Below are positions 31,885-42,314 of a stretch of 64,000 nt of DNA, in pieces. The translations under genes were made by a program, and so were the position numbers. The stretch is from an uncultured Gemmataceae bacterium (lineage in GTDB: Bacteria; Planctomycetota; Planctomycetia; Gemmatales; Gemmataceae). The DNA lies in contig CAVVPN010000003.1 of assembly GCA_963750165.1 (NCBI GenBank), forward strand, positions 3,296,001 to 3,360,000. Reading direction: 5' to 3'. The notes below the pieces were generated by a model that was not told where the DNA came from, made no database searches, and worked only from the letters and a program-made list of their open reading frames with translations. Position 1 is the stretch's first letter; each line of letters opens with the position of its first letter.

Positions 31885-33481
31885 ATGCAGCGCGTCCAGG
31901 ACTGGCTGAAGGCGAACGACGCGAAACTGATTCAATCCCTGGCGAGCCTGGTGGCCATCCGCAGTATCAGCACGGACGGCGAGCACCAAAAGGAACTCGA
32001 CGACAGCGCCGCCCTGACCTGCGAGCAGATGCGCCAGGCTGGCCTGCAGAACGTCGAGTTGCTGCGCTGCGGTGACTCCAATCCCTATGCCTACGGCGAA
32101 TGGCTCGGCGCCCCCGGCAAGCCAACCGTCTTCCTGTACGCGCATCATGACGTGCAGCCGGTCAACGACGTTGGCGACGAGAAGTGGCAGTCCGATCCGT
32201 GGGTGCTGACGGAGCGCGACGGCCGGCTCTACGGCCGTGGTGCCGCCGACGACAAGGGCGCCATCCCCGCTCAGCTCGGCGCCATCGCGGCGTACCTGCA
32301 GACGCAGGGCAGTCTGCCCGTCAACGTCAAGGTGCTGGTCGAGGGCGAGGAGGAGTCCGGTTCAACGAACCTGGGCAAATTCTTTCAGGAGCAGAAGCAG
32401 CGGCTGCAGTCCGACGTGATTGTCGTGTGTGACACGGAGAACATTGACACCGGTTTGCCGAGCCTCACGTACTCGCTGCGTGGCTTCGTGGGGATGCGGG
32501 TGGACGTGGAGAGCGCCACCAAGGCGAATCACAGCGGCATGGCTGGCGGCGTGCTCGCCGACGCGGCCCTGGCGCTGAACGTGATCCTGGCGCGGCTGTA
32601 CTGGAAGAACGGCAAGATTCCCGTCCCCGGTCTCTACGACAAGGTGCGGGCGGTGACGGCGGCCGAACGGCGGGCGATCAAAAAGATGCCCGGCGATGAG
32701 GCCCGCTGGCGCGGACTGTGGTGTGCTCCCGGATGTCGGCTTCGCCACGAAGAAGGGCACCAACCCCTACGAGCAAACCTGGCGGCTGCCGGCCCTCACG
32801 GTCACTGTGCTGGAGGCCAGTTCGTTCAAGACCCCGTCCAACCAGGTGTTGCCGCGGGCGTCCGCCCTCGTCAGCTGCCGCATCGTGCCGGATCAGGAGC
32901 CGGACGAGGTCTACGAGCAGTTGAAGACGTTCTTGACGGCGGACCCGCCGTGGGGCGTCCGGGTGACGGTCAAACCAGCCGGCCTGGCCAAATGGTGGAT
33001 GACCGATCCGAAAGGGCCGGCGTTCGAGGCGGCGCTGGCGGCGCTGAAGACGGGCTTCGGCCACAAGCCGGTGGCCATCGGCTGTGGCGGCAGCATCCCC
33101 TTCGTCGGCCCGCTGGCGGAGCTGTTTGGCGGCGCCCCGGCGCTGCTGCTGGGCATTGAGGATCCGAAGACCAACGCCCACTCGACCAACGAGAGCCTGC
33201 ACGCCGACGATTTCCGCAAGCTCACCGCGTCGCTGGCGCGGCTGTTCGAGAATATCGGCAAATTGCCGGACGGCAGGGTGAAGGCCGAGGCCGCACCGAC
33301 CAGTCCCGAACCCGCACCGCCTGCCGTGGTCGAGGTGAGTCCGAGTGTCCCCCTCACCCCAGACCCCGCTCCCTCTCCCCCTGAAGGGGGCGAGGGGAGC
33401 AAGACCGAAACCCCGTCACCCGTGACTGCCGTCGCCACCAGCGAGGGGGGACCGGGTGGGGCCGATGGTGCCCAGCAGTGA
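31885..33481 (+). CDS. M20 family metallo-dipeptidase (apparent frameshift near 32712)
   Basis: YAHHDVQP, GRGAADDKG, EGEEESGS, HSG, GGSIPF, AHSTNES across ORFs 31867..33159 and 32696..33481. Confidence 0.9.
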
Positions 33482-34213
33482 GGTCAACGGATTGTCCTGC
33501 GGGTAACTATGGCCGAGGTGCTGGCGATAGCCCTCCGCGAAGGCGACGCCCCAGGCCCGGCCGCGGTGAGCGTTCCAGGCGCGGAGCGTCTCCAAATAAT
33601 GGTCCATGCCGTGGTGCCGCAACAGCCATTCGCGCTGGCTGGCGTGGGCGGCCATCATGTGGACCTTGCGCTCCATGACGCCGCTGATGTCGATGCAGAA
33701 CCCGGGCTTGATTTCCTGGCCGAAAATGTCCTTGCCCTCAATGGCGTCGCAGTAGTACAGGTGCGGCATCACGCCCAGGGCCGGCGGCAGACCGCGGTCG
33801 AGCAGGTAGTTCGGCACCGGCGCCGCGAACACCGCAGCGCGGACGACGTGGCTGGTCATCTCGTGGTCGAGCAGATAATCCTGCGGGCTGTGCGTGAACA
33901 CGATCCGCGGCCGCACCTCGCGCAGCAGTCGGGTCACCCGCGCCAGGTTGAGCTCGTTGTACGTGATGAGCAGGTCGCGCGCCTCCAGGCAGTGGTAGCG
34001 GCCGCCCACCAGGGCCGCGGCCTTCGCGCCCTCGGCGCGGCGGATGAGGCTGATTTCGTGCGGCGGCAGCTCCGCGGAGCCGCAGTCGCCCGGCGTCATG
34101 CTGGCGATGTGGATGTGCCAGCCGTGCTCCTCGTGCAACCGCAGCAGGGCGCCGGCGCACAGGAACTCGGCGTCGTCGGGGTGGGCCATCACGGCCAGGG
34201 CCACGTCAGACAT
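33416..34213 (-). CDS. PIG-L family deacetylase
   Basis: AHPDDAE, DYLLDHE, HASQ motifs. Confidence 0.9.
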   Translation of the reverse strand: MSDVALAVMAHPDDAEFLCAGALLRLHEEHGWHIHIASMTPGDCGSAELPPHEISLIRRAEGAKAAALVGGRYHCLEARDLLITYNELNLARVTRLLREVRPRIVFTHSPQDYLLDHEMTSHVVRAAVFAAPVPNYLLDRGLPPALGVMPHLYYCDAIEGKDIFGQEIKPGFCIDISGVMERKVHMMAAHASQREWLLRHHGMDHYLETLRAWNAHRGRAWGVAFAEGYRQHLGHSYPQDNPLTSLLGTIGPTRSPLAGGDGSHG

Positions 34214-34233
34214 GGTACGCTCCCTCGAAGAGG

Positions 34234-34334
34234 ATTTCACCGCAGAGAACGCAGAGAGCGCAGCGAAAAGACAAAAGAATTTTATTTCATTCTTTGTCTT
34301 TTCGCTGCGCACTCTGTGTTCTCTGTGGTGAAAT
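34234..34334. repeat. 9-bp-periodic palindrome (CGCAGAGAA units)
   Basis: TTCACCGCAGAGAACGCAGAGAGCGCAG ... CTCTGTGTTCTCTGTGGTGAA. Confidence 0.75.
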
Positions 34335-34344
34335 TTTTCAACGC

Positions 34345-35010
34345 TCAACTTTTCCGGCGCAGGCGCTCCGCTCGCAACTGTACTTTTTTGATCTCGTCGG
34401 CCAGTTCCGTCAGCAGCCGCTCGCGCGGCAGGGCGGCGAAGTAGCCGGCGTCCAGCGGTTCGCCCACCGCCACCGCCAGCGTCCCGCGCTCCGCCGGCAG
34501 GAACAGCGGCGCCAGCGTCGGCAGTTTCTGCGTCCGCGGCCACGCCTGGAACGCCCCGGCGATGCCCACCGGCACAATGGGCGCCCGCGTCCGCTTGATG
34601 AGCAGCTGCACCCCCGGCTTCAGCTCCTGCACCTTACCGTCCGGCGTCCGCGTGCCCTCCGGGAACACCACCACCGCCTGGCCGTGCTCCAGTTCGTGCA
34701 GAATGGTCTTGATGCCCTCCTTGCCGACGCCGTGGTGGTCGATGGGTACGGCGTTCAGCCAGCCGAGCACCGTCCACAGCAGGGGGCGCTCCGACAGCGT
34801 CTTGCGGGCCAGGAAGGACAGATGGCGGTGCGTGGACAGGCCGACGAGGAGGGGGTCAAGGAAGCTCTGGTGATTGGCGACCAGCAGCGCGGGGCCGGTG
34901 CGCGGGATGTGCTGGCGGCCCGCCGTGCGCAGGCTGAAGCCAAGGGTAAAAGCGCTCATGCTGACCCAGTAGGTGGCTTCGTAGAAGCAGGGACCGAACC
35001 AGCTTTGCAT
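34345..35010 (-). CDS. plsC: 1-acyl-sn-glycerol-3-phosphate acyltransferase
   Basis: NHQSFLD and FPEGTRT motifs; follows cmk. Confidence 0.9.
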   Translation of the reverse strand: MQSWFGPCFYEATYWVSMSAFTLGFSLRTAGRQHIPRTGPALLVANHQSFLDPLLVGLSTHRHLSFLARKTLSERPLLWTVLGWLNAVPIDHHGVGKEGIKTILHELEHGQAVVVFPEGTRTPDGKVQELKPGVQLLIKRTRAPIVPVGIAGAFQAWPRTQKLPTLAPLFLPAERGTLAVAVGEPLDAGYFAALPRERLLTELADEIKKVQLRAERLRRKS

Positions 35011-35645
35011 CGCACTTCGCGTTCCATAACGTCCACGACCTGGGCCAGCGTCAGGTGTGTGGTGTCGAGTCGGATGGCGTCGGCGGCGGCCCGCATCGGC
35101 GCGAGATCGCGCGCGGCGTCGCGGGCGTCGCGTTCCTGCTGCGCCCGCAGCAAGTCGTCCAGCGCCACGGTTTCGCCGCGGGCCGCCAGGTCGCGCTGGC
35201 GGCGGCGGGCGCGCTCGATTGGCTCAGCGACGAGGAAGAATTTACAGGCGGCGTCCGGAAAAACAATTGTGCCCTGATCGCGGCCCTCGGTCACCAGGTC
35301 GCGGCCCACCGCGGCGGCGCGCTGCAACTCGACCAGCCGGCGGCGCACTACCGGGCTATCGGCCACGGCTCGCGAGGCGGCGGTGACCTCGCTGGAGCGG
35401 ATCAGGCCCGTCACGTCCTCGCCGTCCAGCAGCATCCGGCCCGGCGGCATCTCCAGCGCCAGCCCCGTTAGCAATTCGGTGAGGACAGCCTCGTCGTGCA
35501 GGTCGGCGCCGCGGCGCAGGCCGGCCAGGGTCACGGCGCGGTACATGGCGCCGGTGTCCAGGAACGCGAAGCCCAGGCGCTCCGCCAGGGCGCGGGCGGT
35601 GCTGCTCTTGCCGGCGCCCGCGGGTCCATCAATGGTCACGATCAT
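34956..35645 (-). CDS. cmk: cytidylate kinase
   Basis: IDGPAGAGKS, LDTGAMYR, EGRDQGT. Confidence 0.96.
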   Translation of the reverse strand: MIVTIDGPAGAGKSSTARALAERLGFAFLDTGAMYRAVTLAGLRRGADLHDEAVLTELLTGLALEMPPGRMLLDGEDVTGLIRSSEVTAASRAVADSPVVRRRLVELQRAAAVGRDLVTEGRDQGTIVFPDAACKFFLVAEPIERARRRQRDLAARGETVALDDLLRAQQERDARDAARDLAPMRAAADAIRLDTTHLTLAQVVDVMEREVRCKAGSVPASTKPPTGSA

Positions 35646-35653
35646 AGTCATTC

Positions 35654-35977
35654 GAGCGGTTCACGCACGGTTTGCGCACAAGTGGCGGCGGGCACGGGCT
35701 GACCTCCAGCGGCCTGCGCTGCCACAGCAAGGGGGCCAAGGGGGCCAAGGGGGCCAACTTTTTCATACGTCGAGATTCGAGCCTGGGAGCGGCTCGCGCA
35801 GTTTGCTGGACGGTTCGGGAGCACGGGCCTGCCGTTCCTGGTCCACACCACTGCGAACCGCGCCAGTCATCAGTCATTATTGCAGATTGCGAATGGGTGT
35901 AGCGGAAGTCGCCAGACTTCCGAGCAGCACCGGACGGAAGTCTGGCGACTTCCGCTACACCCAACTGCGAACCGCTC
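35654..35977. mobile_element. composite MITE-like element: inverted copy 2 of the 210-bp repeat plus a 28-bp-arm REP doublet
   Basis: Outer ends GAGCGGTTC/GAACCGCTC; 35656-35863 matches 11807-12012 inverted; perfect hairpin GGGTGTAGCGGAAGTCGCCAGACTTCCG at 35895-35962. Confidence 0.72.
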
Positions 35978-36073
35978 CAGTCATTGGCGAACAAGGTTCG
36001 AGTAGGGGGCTTTTCACCCGGCGCTCAACCCTGTTTACTAATGACTAATGACGAATGACGAATGACTTCCTGG

Positions 36074-36775
36074 TTATTGCACCTCCACCCGCAGCGGGCA
36101 GCCAGAGCGGATCACGCTGGTGCGAAGGGTTTCGCCGAAGGACGAAATGATGCCGTAGGTGACCGTGCCGAGCGGCACATCGCGGACGACCGCCTGCATG
36201 TTGGGCGCGATTCGGGCCCTCTCGATGCCATTGACAGTCAGTACAATCGTCTCGGGACGGCGGTTCGTCACCACCAGGGAACCGCTGTTGATGACATCGA
36301 GGATCACCGGCGGTTGACCGACCGACGACGGATACTTCGAGATCGACTGCTGCACCGTCTGTTTCAGGTCCGCAATCTGGCGCTGCAACTCCGCCATCTG
36401 ATCCCGGGTTTCCGACGGGTACAGGGAGATGCGTTTGTCGCTGAAGCGCAGCGCCTCCAGATCAACCCGCATGCGCTCCATGTCCGATTTCAACTGTTTC
36501 AACGACAGTTCGAGCGCGGCAATCCGGCCGTTGGCAGCCTCGGCCTTCAGGTTCATGTTCGTGCGCAGATCCTTCATGTCGTCCTTGACGGCCTTGAAGG
36601 CGTCCGCAAGCGTGGCGATCAGTTTCTTCTCGAAATCCTCCATCTTCTTTTCCAGGCTTTTGAACCGGTCATCCTGTGGCGGTGCGCCGTCGAACTGCCC
36701 GCGGGCGGCGCCCGGGACGGCCATCGCGACGGTCAGCAGCGTGGCGACGCCGAGCCACTTCCAGTTGCGCAACAT
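36074..36775 (-). CDS. exported hypothetical protein (coiled coil + small beta domain)
   Basis: Signal peptide MLRNWKWLGVATLLTVAMAVPGAARG; typical codon usage. Confidence 0.7.
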   Translation of the reverse strand: MLRNWKWLGVATLLTVAMAVPGAARGQFDGAPPQDDRFKSLEKKMEDFEKKLIATLADAFKAVKDDMKDLRTNMNLKAEAANGRIAALELSLKQLKSDMERMRVDLEALRFSDKRISLYPSETRDQMAELQRQIADLKQTVQQSISKYPSSVGQPPVILDVINSGSLVVTNRRPETIVLTVNGIERARIAPNMQAVVRDVPLGTVTYGIISSFGETLRTSVIRSGCPLRVEVQ

Positions 36776-37123
36776 GGGGGAATCTCCTTGATGTCGGACA
36801 GAGACGCAAGGACTGGTCGGAGCCACCACCCTCGGCCGCCCTTCCGCGTCCGCAGTTGCCTGCTCAGCCGTCACGGCCCGCAGCGCCGGCACAAGCGGCA
36901 GGGCCGCGACCGGGGCGCTGACCGACAGCACCGGCTTGGGGAGAACCACGGAGAACGCTGAGGTGGACGTGCAGGCTCCGGCTCGGCCGTTGGTTGCCTG
37001 TCAAGTTGGATTTGAGGTGCCGGCCCGGCCGGGAGCGCGGCCGCCTCCGCACTGGTAGTATTGAGCTTAGAAAAAGCACCATCACTTCGCAAGACAAATC
37101 CGGCAAACTCCGCCGGCAGCCCG

Positions 37124-37193
37124 CGGCGAGCGGCGCGGCGTCAGGCCGCCGGTGCTTCGGAATACCGGCGGCCTGACGCCGCGCCGCTCGCCG
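37124..37193. repeat. REP doublet (GGCGAGCGGCGCGGCGTCAGGCCGCCGGT)
   Basis: Near-perfect hairpin; near-identical copy at 38381-38448. Confidence 0.85.
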
Positions 37194-37325
37194 GATCATG
37201 GCGCAAGTCCCCTCCGGTGGCTCGTTACCCTCCTGAAGATTACTGCGAGTGTCCGCTGGCGTGGGGCCTCGCTGTGACAGGAGGTCCGGCGGGGCCCCAA
37301 CTTTCGCCACTCAACGTAGCGCAAT

Positions 37326-37354
37326 CAAAAAGCCCACGGCATCTCTGCCGTGGG
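37326..37354 (-). terminator. intrinsic terminator of the TIGR03000 gene
   Basis: Minus strand GCCCACGGCA-GAGA-TGCCGTGGGC followed by TTTTT, about 30 bp after the stop. Confidence 0.75.
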
Positions 37355-37382
37355 CCGTGCGGTTGCAGGGGGTTGCCGATCA

Positions 37383-38111
37383 TTAGCGCGACGCGGTGCG
37401 CGTCAACGCCGGTTCGGCGAACTCGACGCGGACCTGCTGGCCGGCGGTGAGGATCGCCCGCGCCGTCTCCGTGTAGGTCTTGCCGTTGCGCACCACCTCG
37501 GCGCGGAGGTTGTAGAAGTACTGCTTGCCCGCATCCAGTCGCGGCGTCTTGAACGAACGCTTGTCGGACGTGAGTGGGCAGCGGACGTTATCGACGTAGA
37601 GCTTCGCGTCGGCCGGCAAATGCACGACGACCTCCGCCGGCCGGGCGCCGGTCCTGACCTCATCCTTGCGATTTTCCAGCTTCTTGAGCCGCTGGTCCAC
37701 GTCGCTCAGCAGGTCCACGATGCGCTTCATCGTGGCCGCATCCTGGGCACTCGCTCCCCCGACGGCCTGCGGTTGCGCCTGCGCGTAACTGGCCACCGCG
37801 ACCGGGTAGGAGTAAACCACCGATCCGCCGTAGCAGCCATAGCAGCCATAGCAGCCGTAGCAGCCGTAGCAGCCGCTGTAATATGCGGGGTAGTAGTAGC
37901 CGCCCCAGCAACCGCTGCAACCGTAGCAACCGTAGCAACCGTAGCAGCCGTAGCAGCCGAAGGCGTAGCCGCCGCCCCAGCAGCCGTGGCAACCGTAGCA
38001 GCCATAGCAGCCCCAACAACCGTGACAGCCCCAGCAGCCGTAGCAACCGTGCCCCCAGGACGGCGAGGTGGTCCCCGCCGCCAACATCGTCGCCAACACC
38101 ACGCTATACAT
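37383..38111 (-). CDS. TIGR03000 planctomycete domain protein with (Gly-Cys-Tyr/Trp/His)n repeats
   Basis: MYSVVLATML leader, 19 GCx triplets, C-terminal LPADAKLYVD...RSFKTPRL...YFYNLRAEV domain. Confidence 0.88.
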   Translation of the reverse strand: MYSVVLATMLAAGTTSPSWGHGCYGCWGCHGCWGCYGCYGCHGCWGGGYAFGCYGCYGCYGCYGCSGCWGGYYYPAYYSGCYGCYGCYGCYGCYGGSVVYSYPVAVASYAQAQPQAVGGASAQDAATMKRIVDLLSDVDQRLKKLENRKDEVRTGARPAEVVVHLPADAKLYVDNVRCPLTSDKRSFKTPRLDAGKQYFYNLRAEVVRNGKTYTETARAILTAGQQVRVEFAEPALTRTASR

Positions 38112-38380
38112 GCTTCTTGACCCTCCGTTACCAGAACGAGCCCGACCGCGCTGGCAGTACGGGCGAATTTGAGGTACACGTCCCCGAGGTTTAACCCACG
38201 TGAGCAAGTTGCAGAAGCTGTTCCCGGTTTGGGGAAAAGACAGACTTTTCCGGACAGGTTACCTCGAATTTACATTAAGAAGGGAAACAATGGGAGTCAA
38301 AGGCAAAATAGTTAAAATGGGCAAAAAGAGGGAGGGAGTCGTGCCGGTCGTGCGGCCGATGAGGTGGGGGGAAAAACCGC

Positions 38381-38580
38381 GGCGAGCGGCGCGGCGTCAG
38401 CCCGCCGGTACTTCGGAGCACCGGCGGGCTGACGCCGCGCCGCTCGCCAAATCCGACTTGAGCGGTTCCCAGTCGCGTGGACCACAAGTCGTGGGACGGC
38501 TCTCCAGAGCCGTCGGGAGAACGCTGACGGCTCTGGAGAGCCGTCCCACGACTTGTGCGCTACCCAAACGCGAACCGCTC
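38381..38580. repeat. two adjacent REP doublets, the second bounded by GAGCGGTTC/GAACCGCTC
   Basis: Hairpin 38381-38448; element 38460-38580 encloses GTCGTGGGACGGCTCTCCAGAGCCGTC inverted arms. Confidence 0.8.
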
Positions 38581-38600
38581 CAGGTGTAAACCCTGTGAGT

Positions 38601-40091
38601 TTAGCGCAAATACTTGCGGCGCAGGTCGCGCATGCGCTGAAGGGCCGGCCGGGCCTGGCCCGCGGCGTCCACCAGACCGCAGTGCGGGAACTGATGCGGC
38701 TCCGCGTCGAGCAGGTTGGCCCACTGCACGCCGCGGACGTAGGGCTTGCACAGCGCCAGCGAACCGAACGCCGTCAGCCAGTCGGCCTGCGTGTCCGGCG
38801 CGAAGCCGTCGCGCCAGAAGCCGCCGCCGGGGTTCATCTCGGCGTCCGCGTTCGGGTCCGGCGCCATGTCCGCTGGGTAGCCCAGCGTGACCTGTAACGG
38901 CACGCCCAGCAGCGCGTACAGGTCCAGCAACCGCGACAGCTCCAGCAGGTCCCGGCAGTAGCTGCCGCGCGGCGTCACGCCCATGACCACTTCCAGGTCG
39001 AGCGCCGCCAGGCTCAGCCCGGAGCGGATGAGGGTGTCGGCGAAGGCGAACGGTGTGTGCGTGCGTTCGCGCGGCGTCAGGTACTCGCCCCACGGCTGCG
39101 CCACGCCGACGATCACGTCAATGTCCGGATCGACTTGCCGGGCCGCCTCCGCCAGGCGCACCGTCAGCCAGAGCAGTTCGTCCTCGCCCAGGTTCAGCAG
39201 GTCGGACCAGTTGCTGGCGGCGGCCAGCTGCCAGGTGGTCACGCGGCCCTGGTAGCGCTTGACCGTCTGCTCCACAAAGTCGCACATGAAGCTGGCCAGG
39301 CTGGACAGGTCGCCCTCCCACAGCCACAACCAGTCGGGCAGCCGCGCGGCCGAGAAGTCGATCAGGGGGCCGCCGATCACCGGCTTGCGGTGTCGCTCGG
39401 CCCACTGCAGCAGGGCGTCGTGCGCCGCCCAGTGGTAGTCGGCCTCGGCCGGCTCGATGTCGCTCCAGGAAAACGGAATGGTGACGGCGTTACAGGCCTC
39501 CAGCAGCGGATCGACCAGCTCGTCCGGCGGCGGCGTGGCACCGAGGCGAACGCTGAGCGTGGTGTCGAGGCGCGGCTGGCGCTGGCGGCGCACCAGAAAG
39601 ACCTGGTTGACGTACGCCTGCACAAGCTGCTCTGCCGCGCGGTAGCTCTGTTCCAGGGCGGTCTGTGCGTGCTGCTGGGACTCCGGAGCGGGCATGGCGG
39701 TGATGGCCTTGCCGAAGCTGAAGGTGGCGTCGCGGATCAGGTGGTGCAGGGCCGCGGGCATTTGCAGACCGCCCTGCAACCAGTCCGCCGCCTGGCCGCG
39801 CACCTGGTTGACCTTGCCGCGGGCCAGTTCGATGGCCAGGTAGTAGGGCTGCAGTCGTTCGATGACGGTGGCGGTGCTGCTCATGAGCAGGCCGGCGCCG
39901 GCGATCTGCCAGGGGGCCGTCAGGTAGCCGCTCTCATCGACGCGACGGCTGGCCTCCAGCTTCACCGGATCGATCTCGACCAGCGTGGCGAAGGGCATGC
40001 CGTCCTGTCCGCCGGCCATGCTGGCGCGCTCCAGTTCCTGGACGGCCTCCAGGGGGAGTCCGGACGGAAGCAGGAAGGTCAGTTTGCCCAT
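38601..40091 (-). CDS. GH10-like TIM-barrel protein
   Basis: PFSWSDIEP...YHW...D.L..W pattern, GGPLIDF, RYQGRV..W. Confidence 0.7.
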   Translation of the reverse strand: MGKLTFLLPSGLPLEAVQELERASMAGGQDGMPFATLVEIDPVKLEASRRVDESGYLTAPWQIAGAGLLMSSTATVIERLQPYYLAIELARGKVNQVRGQAADWLQGGLQMPAALHHLIRDATFSFGKAITAMPAPESQQHAQTALEQSYRAAEQLVQAYVNQVFLVRRQRQPRLDTTLSVRLGATPPPDELVDPLLEACNAVTIPFSWSDIEPAEADYHWAAHDALLQWAERHRKPVIGGPLIDFSAARLPDWLWLWEGDLSSLASFMCDFVEQTVKRYQGRVTTWQLAAASNWSDLLNLGEDELLWLTVRLAEAARQVDPDIDVIVGVAQPWGEYLTPRERTHTPFAFADTLIRSGLSLAALDLEVVMGVTPRGSYCRDLLELSRLLDLYALLGVPLQVTLGYPADMAPDPNADAEMNPGGGFWRDGFAPDTQADWLTAFGSLALCKPYVRGVQWANLLDAEPHQFPHCGLVDAAGQARPALQRMRDLRRKYLR

Positions 40092-40312
40092 GAGGTTGTC
40101 CGTTGTCCGAAAGGTTGGGCGTCTTCATCCTGCGGCTGCCGCCTGGCGGAGGAGCGCTACAAAGGTGCGCGACCAGGCCACGGCGATGTTGTCGTCCAAC
40201 AAATCTATGCTGTTAATTTAACCAGCGCGGGCGATTTGAACACGCCGAAAAATCGGAAAACTGGCGCAGGCGGGAAAAAACCTGGGTGGGGGGAGCGGCG
40301 GTAGCGGGCGGG

Positions 40313-41151
40313 TCAGCGCGCCACGATGGCGATGCCGTGGCGATCCGCCAGGGCGACGGTATCGGCCTGATCGATGACGATGGTCTTGCCCGCCTCGATG
40401 GCCAGGACGGTGGCGCCGGCCTGGTGCATGGCCTCGATGGTGGCGACGCCGACGGTCGGCACGTCGAAGCGCATGTCCTGCTGCGGCTTGGCGACCTTGA
40501 CGACGACGAAGCCGCCGCGCGGGCACAGCCGGCCGGCGCGCAAAATGGCCTGGTCGGTGCCCTCGATGGCCTCGACCGCCAGGGCCGCCTTCTCCTTGAC
40601 GGCGACGCTCTGGCCGACATCGAGCCGGCCCATCTCGCGGGCCAGTTCCCAACCGAAGTCCACGTCCGCCAGCTCACGCGCCCCCGGGCGCGGCGCGTCA
40701 ACACTCCCGTTTGCACGAGCAACTCCGGGCAAAAGTCCAGGGCCGAGGCGAACTGCACTCCATCCCTGGCGAACTCCTTGATGATGCCGAGCAGCAGGCT
40801 ATCGTCACGGTTGTCGCGGCGGCCGCGGCCGTACCAGAAACGCAGTGTCCGCAGGTCCGGGATGTAGTGCAGCCAGCGCCAGGGCGTGTTCATGACGACC
40901 TTGTGAATCTTGCCGGCCATGACCGCCTGGCGACAGCCGCCGCGCTTGAAGCAGCGGATCATCGCTCCGAGCCGGGCCAGGCCGACCCACTCGAAGCGCT
41001 CCACCAAACCGGCCAGCTCCGGCGGCGCCAGGTTGCGGATGCCGGCGCACACGACTGGCAGGCCCAGCTGCCGCGCCTTCTCGGCGAACAGCACCGGGAA
41101 GCGGCCGGCGCCGGCGAGCAGGCCCACGGGTTGGGTGGAGCGCGAAACCAT
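40313..41151 (-). CDS. lpxI: UDP-2,3-diacylglucosamine diphosphatase LpxI (apparent frameshift near 40686)
   Basis: GLLAGAGRFP, LDVGQSV, VEAIEGTD, KPQQDMRFDVPTVG; adjacent to lpxD. Confidence 0.92.
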
Positions 41152-41164
41152 GAATGAAAGCCCG

Positions 41165-42196
41165 TTACGCGGCGTCCTCCTGCTGCCCGAGACTGAGGTG
41201 CTGCTTGATGGCGTGAACGTCCTTGCGAATCTCGGGCAGCTTTTCCAGCGTCATGAGAATGCGTTTCTGCTCGCGCTCCGGGGTGGCCGGCGAGCCGAGC
41301 ACGCGCAGGCCGTCGGGCACGTCCTTGGTGACGCCCGCCTGGCCGCCGACGACGGCGCCGGTGCCGATGTGGACGTGGCTGACGACGCCGACCTGACCGG
41401 CGAGCACGACGTAATCGCCCGTGCTGCACGAACCGGCCATGCCCACCTGGCTGACGAACAGATTGTGCCGGCCGACGCGGCAGTTGTGGCCGACCTGCAC
41501 CAGGTTGTCGATCTTGGTGCCGGTGCCGACGCGCGTCGCCTGAAAGGTGCCGCGGTCGATGGTCGTGCAGGCGCCGACCTCCACATCATCGCCGATCTCG
41601 ACGAAACCGAGTTGCGGCACCTTGACGTGGCGACCGTCCTGGAAGCGGTAGCCGAAGCCGTCCGCCCCGAGCACCGCGTTGCCGTGGACGATGACCCGGT
41701 GGCCGAGCACGGTATCGTCGTACAGGACGACGTTGGCGTACAGGAGCACATCATCGCCGAGGCGGCAGTTGCGGCCGACGACGACACCGGGGTAAATGCG
41801 GCAGCGGGCGCCGATGACGGTGCCCGCGCCGACGACGGCGAATGGGTAAATGCTGGCGTCGGGGCCGACGCGGGCGCTGGGGTGGACCTCGGCGCGCGCA
41901 TCGATGCCGTGCGGTTGCGCCTCGGCGTGGCCCTGCATGTGGCGGACGATGGCCACGAAGGCCATGAGCGGATCCTGCACGCGGATGAGGGTGCGGTCGG
42001 GGGCGGTGACGCCGGGCGGGGCCACGACGCAGCAGGCGCGGCAGTCGTCGAGGCGGCGGGCGTGGACTTCGTGGTCCAGGAAGGTGATGTCGCCGGCGCC
42101 GGCCTCGTCGAGGCAGCGGGCGGCACGGACGACCTGGGTGCCATCGCCGAGGACCTGTCCGTGTACGAGGTCGGCCAACTCGCGAACCGTAATCAC
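41165..42196 (-). CDS. lpxD: UDP-3-O-(3-hydroxyacyl)glucosamine N-acyltransferase
   Basis: Hexapeptide repeats, [25 protein letters not shown]. Confidence 0.96.
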   Translation of the reverse strand: MITVRELADLVHGQVLGDGTQVVRAARCLDEAGAGDITFLDHEVHARRLDDCRACCVVAPPGVTAPDRTLIRVQDPLMAFVAIVRHMQGHAEAQPHGIDARAEVHPSARVGPDASIYPFAVVGAGTVIGARCRIYPGVVVGRNCRLGDDVLLYANVVLYDDTVLGHRVIVHGNAVLGADGFGYRFQDGRHVKVPQLGFVEIGDDVEVGACTTIDRGTFQATRVGTGTKIDNLVQVGHNCRVGRHNLFVSQVGMAGSCSTGDYVVLAGQVGVVSHVHIGTGAVVGGQAGVTKDVPDGLRVLGSPATPEREQKRILMTLEKLPEIRKDVHAIKQHLSLGQQEDAA

Positions 42197-42314
42197 GTGA
42201 CTGTCCTTTCTTCCCTGAAAGACGGGCACCGCCCAGGCCGGCGCCGAAATCGGCCGCGATCATAGCCACCGACCCTGGATCGGGCAATGCGAGTTTGTCG
42301 CGCGCGGAACGGCG

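Noticed and set aside
37830..38050. 9-bp tandem repeats as a CRISPR array
   Set aside because: No spacers and no cas genes; they encode the GCY triplets. No CRISPR array was seen anywhere in the window.
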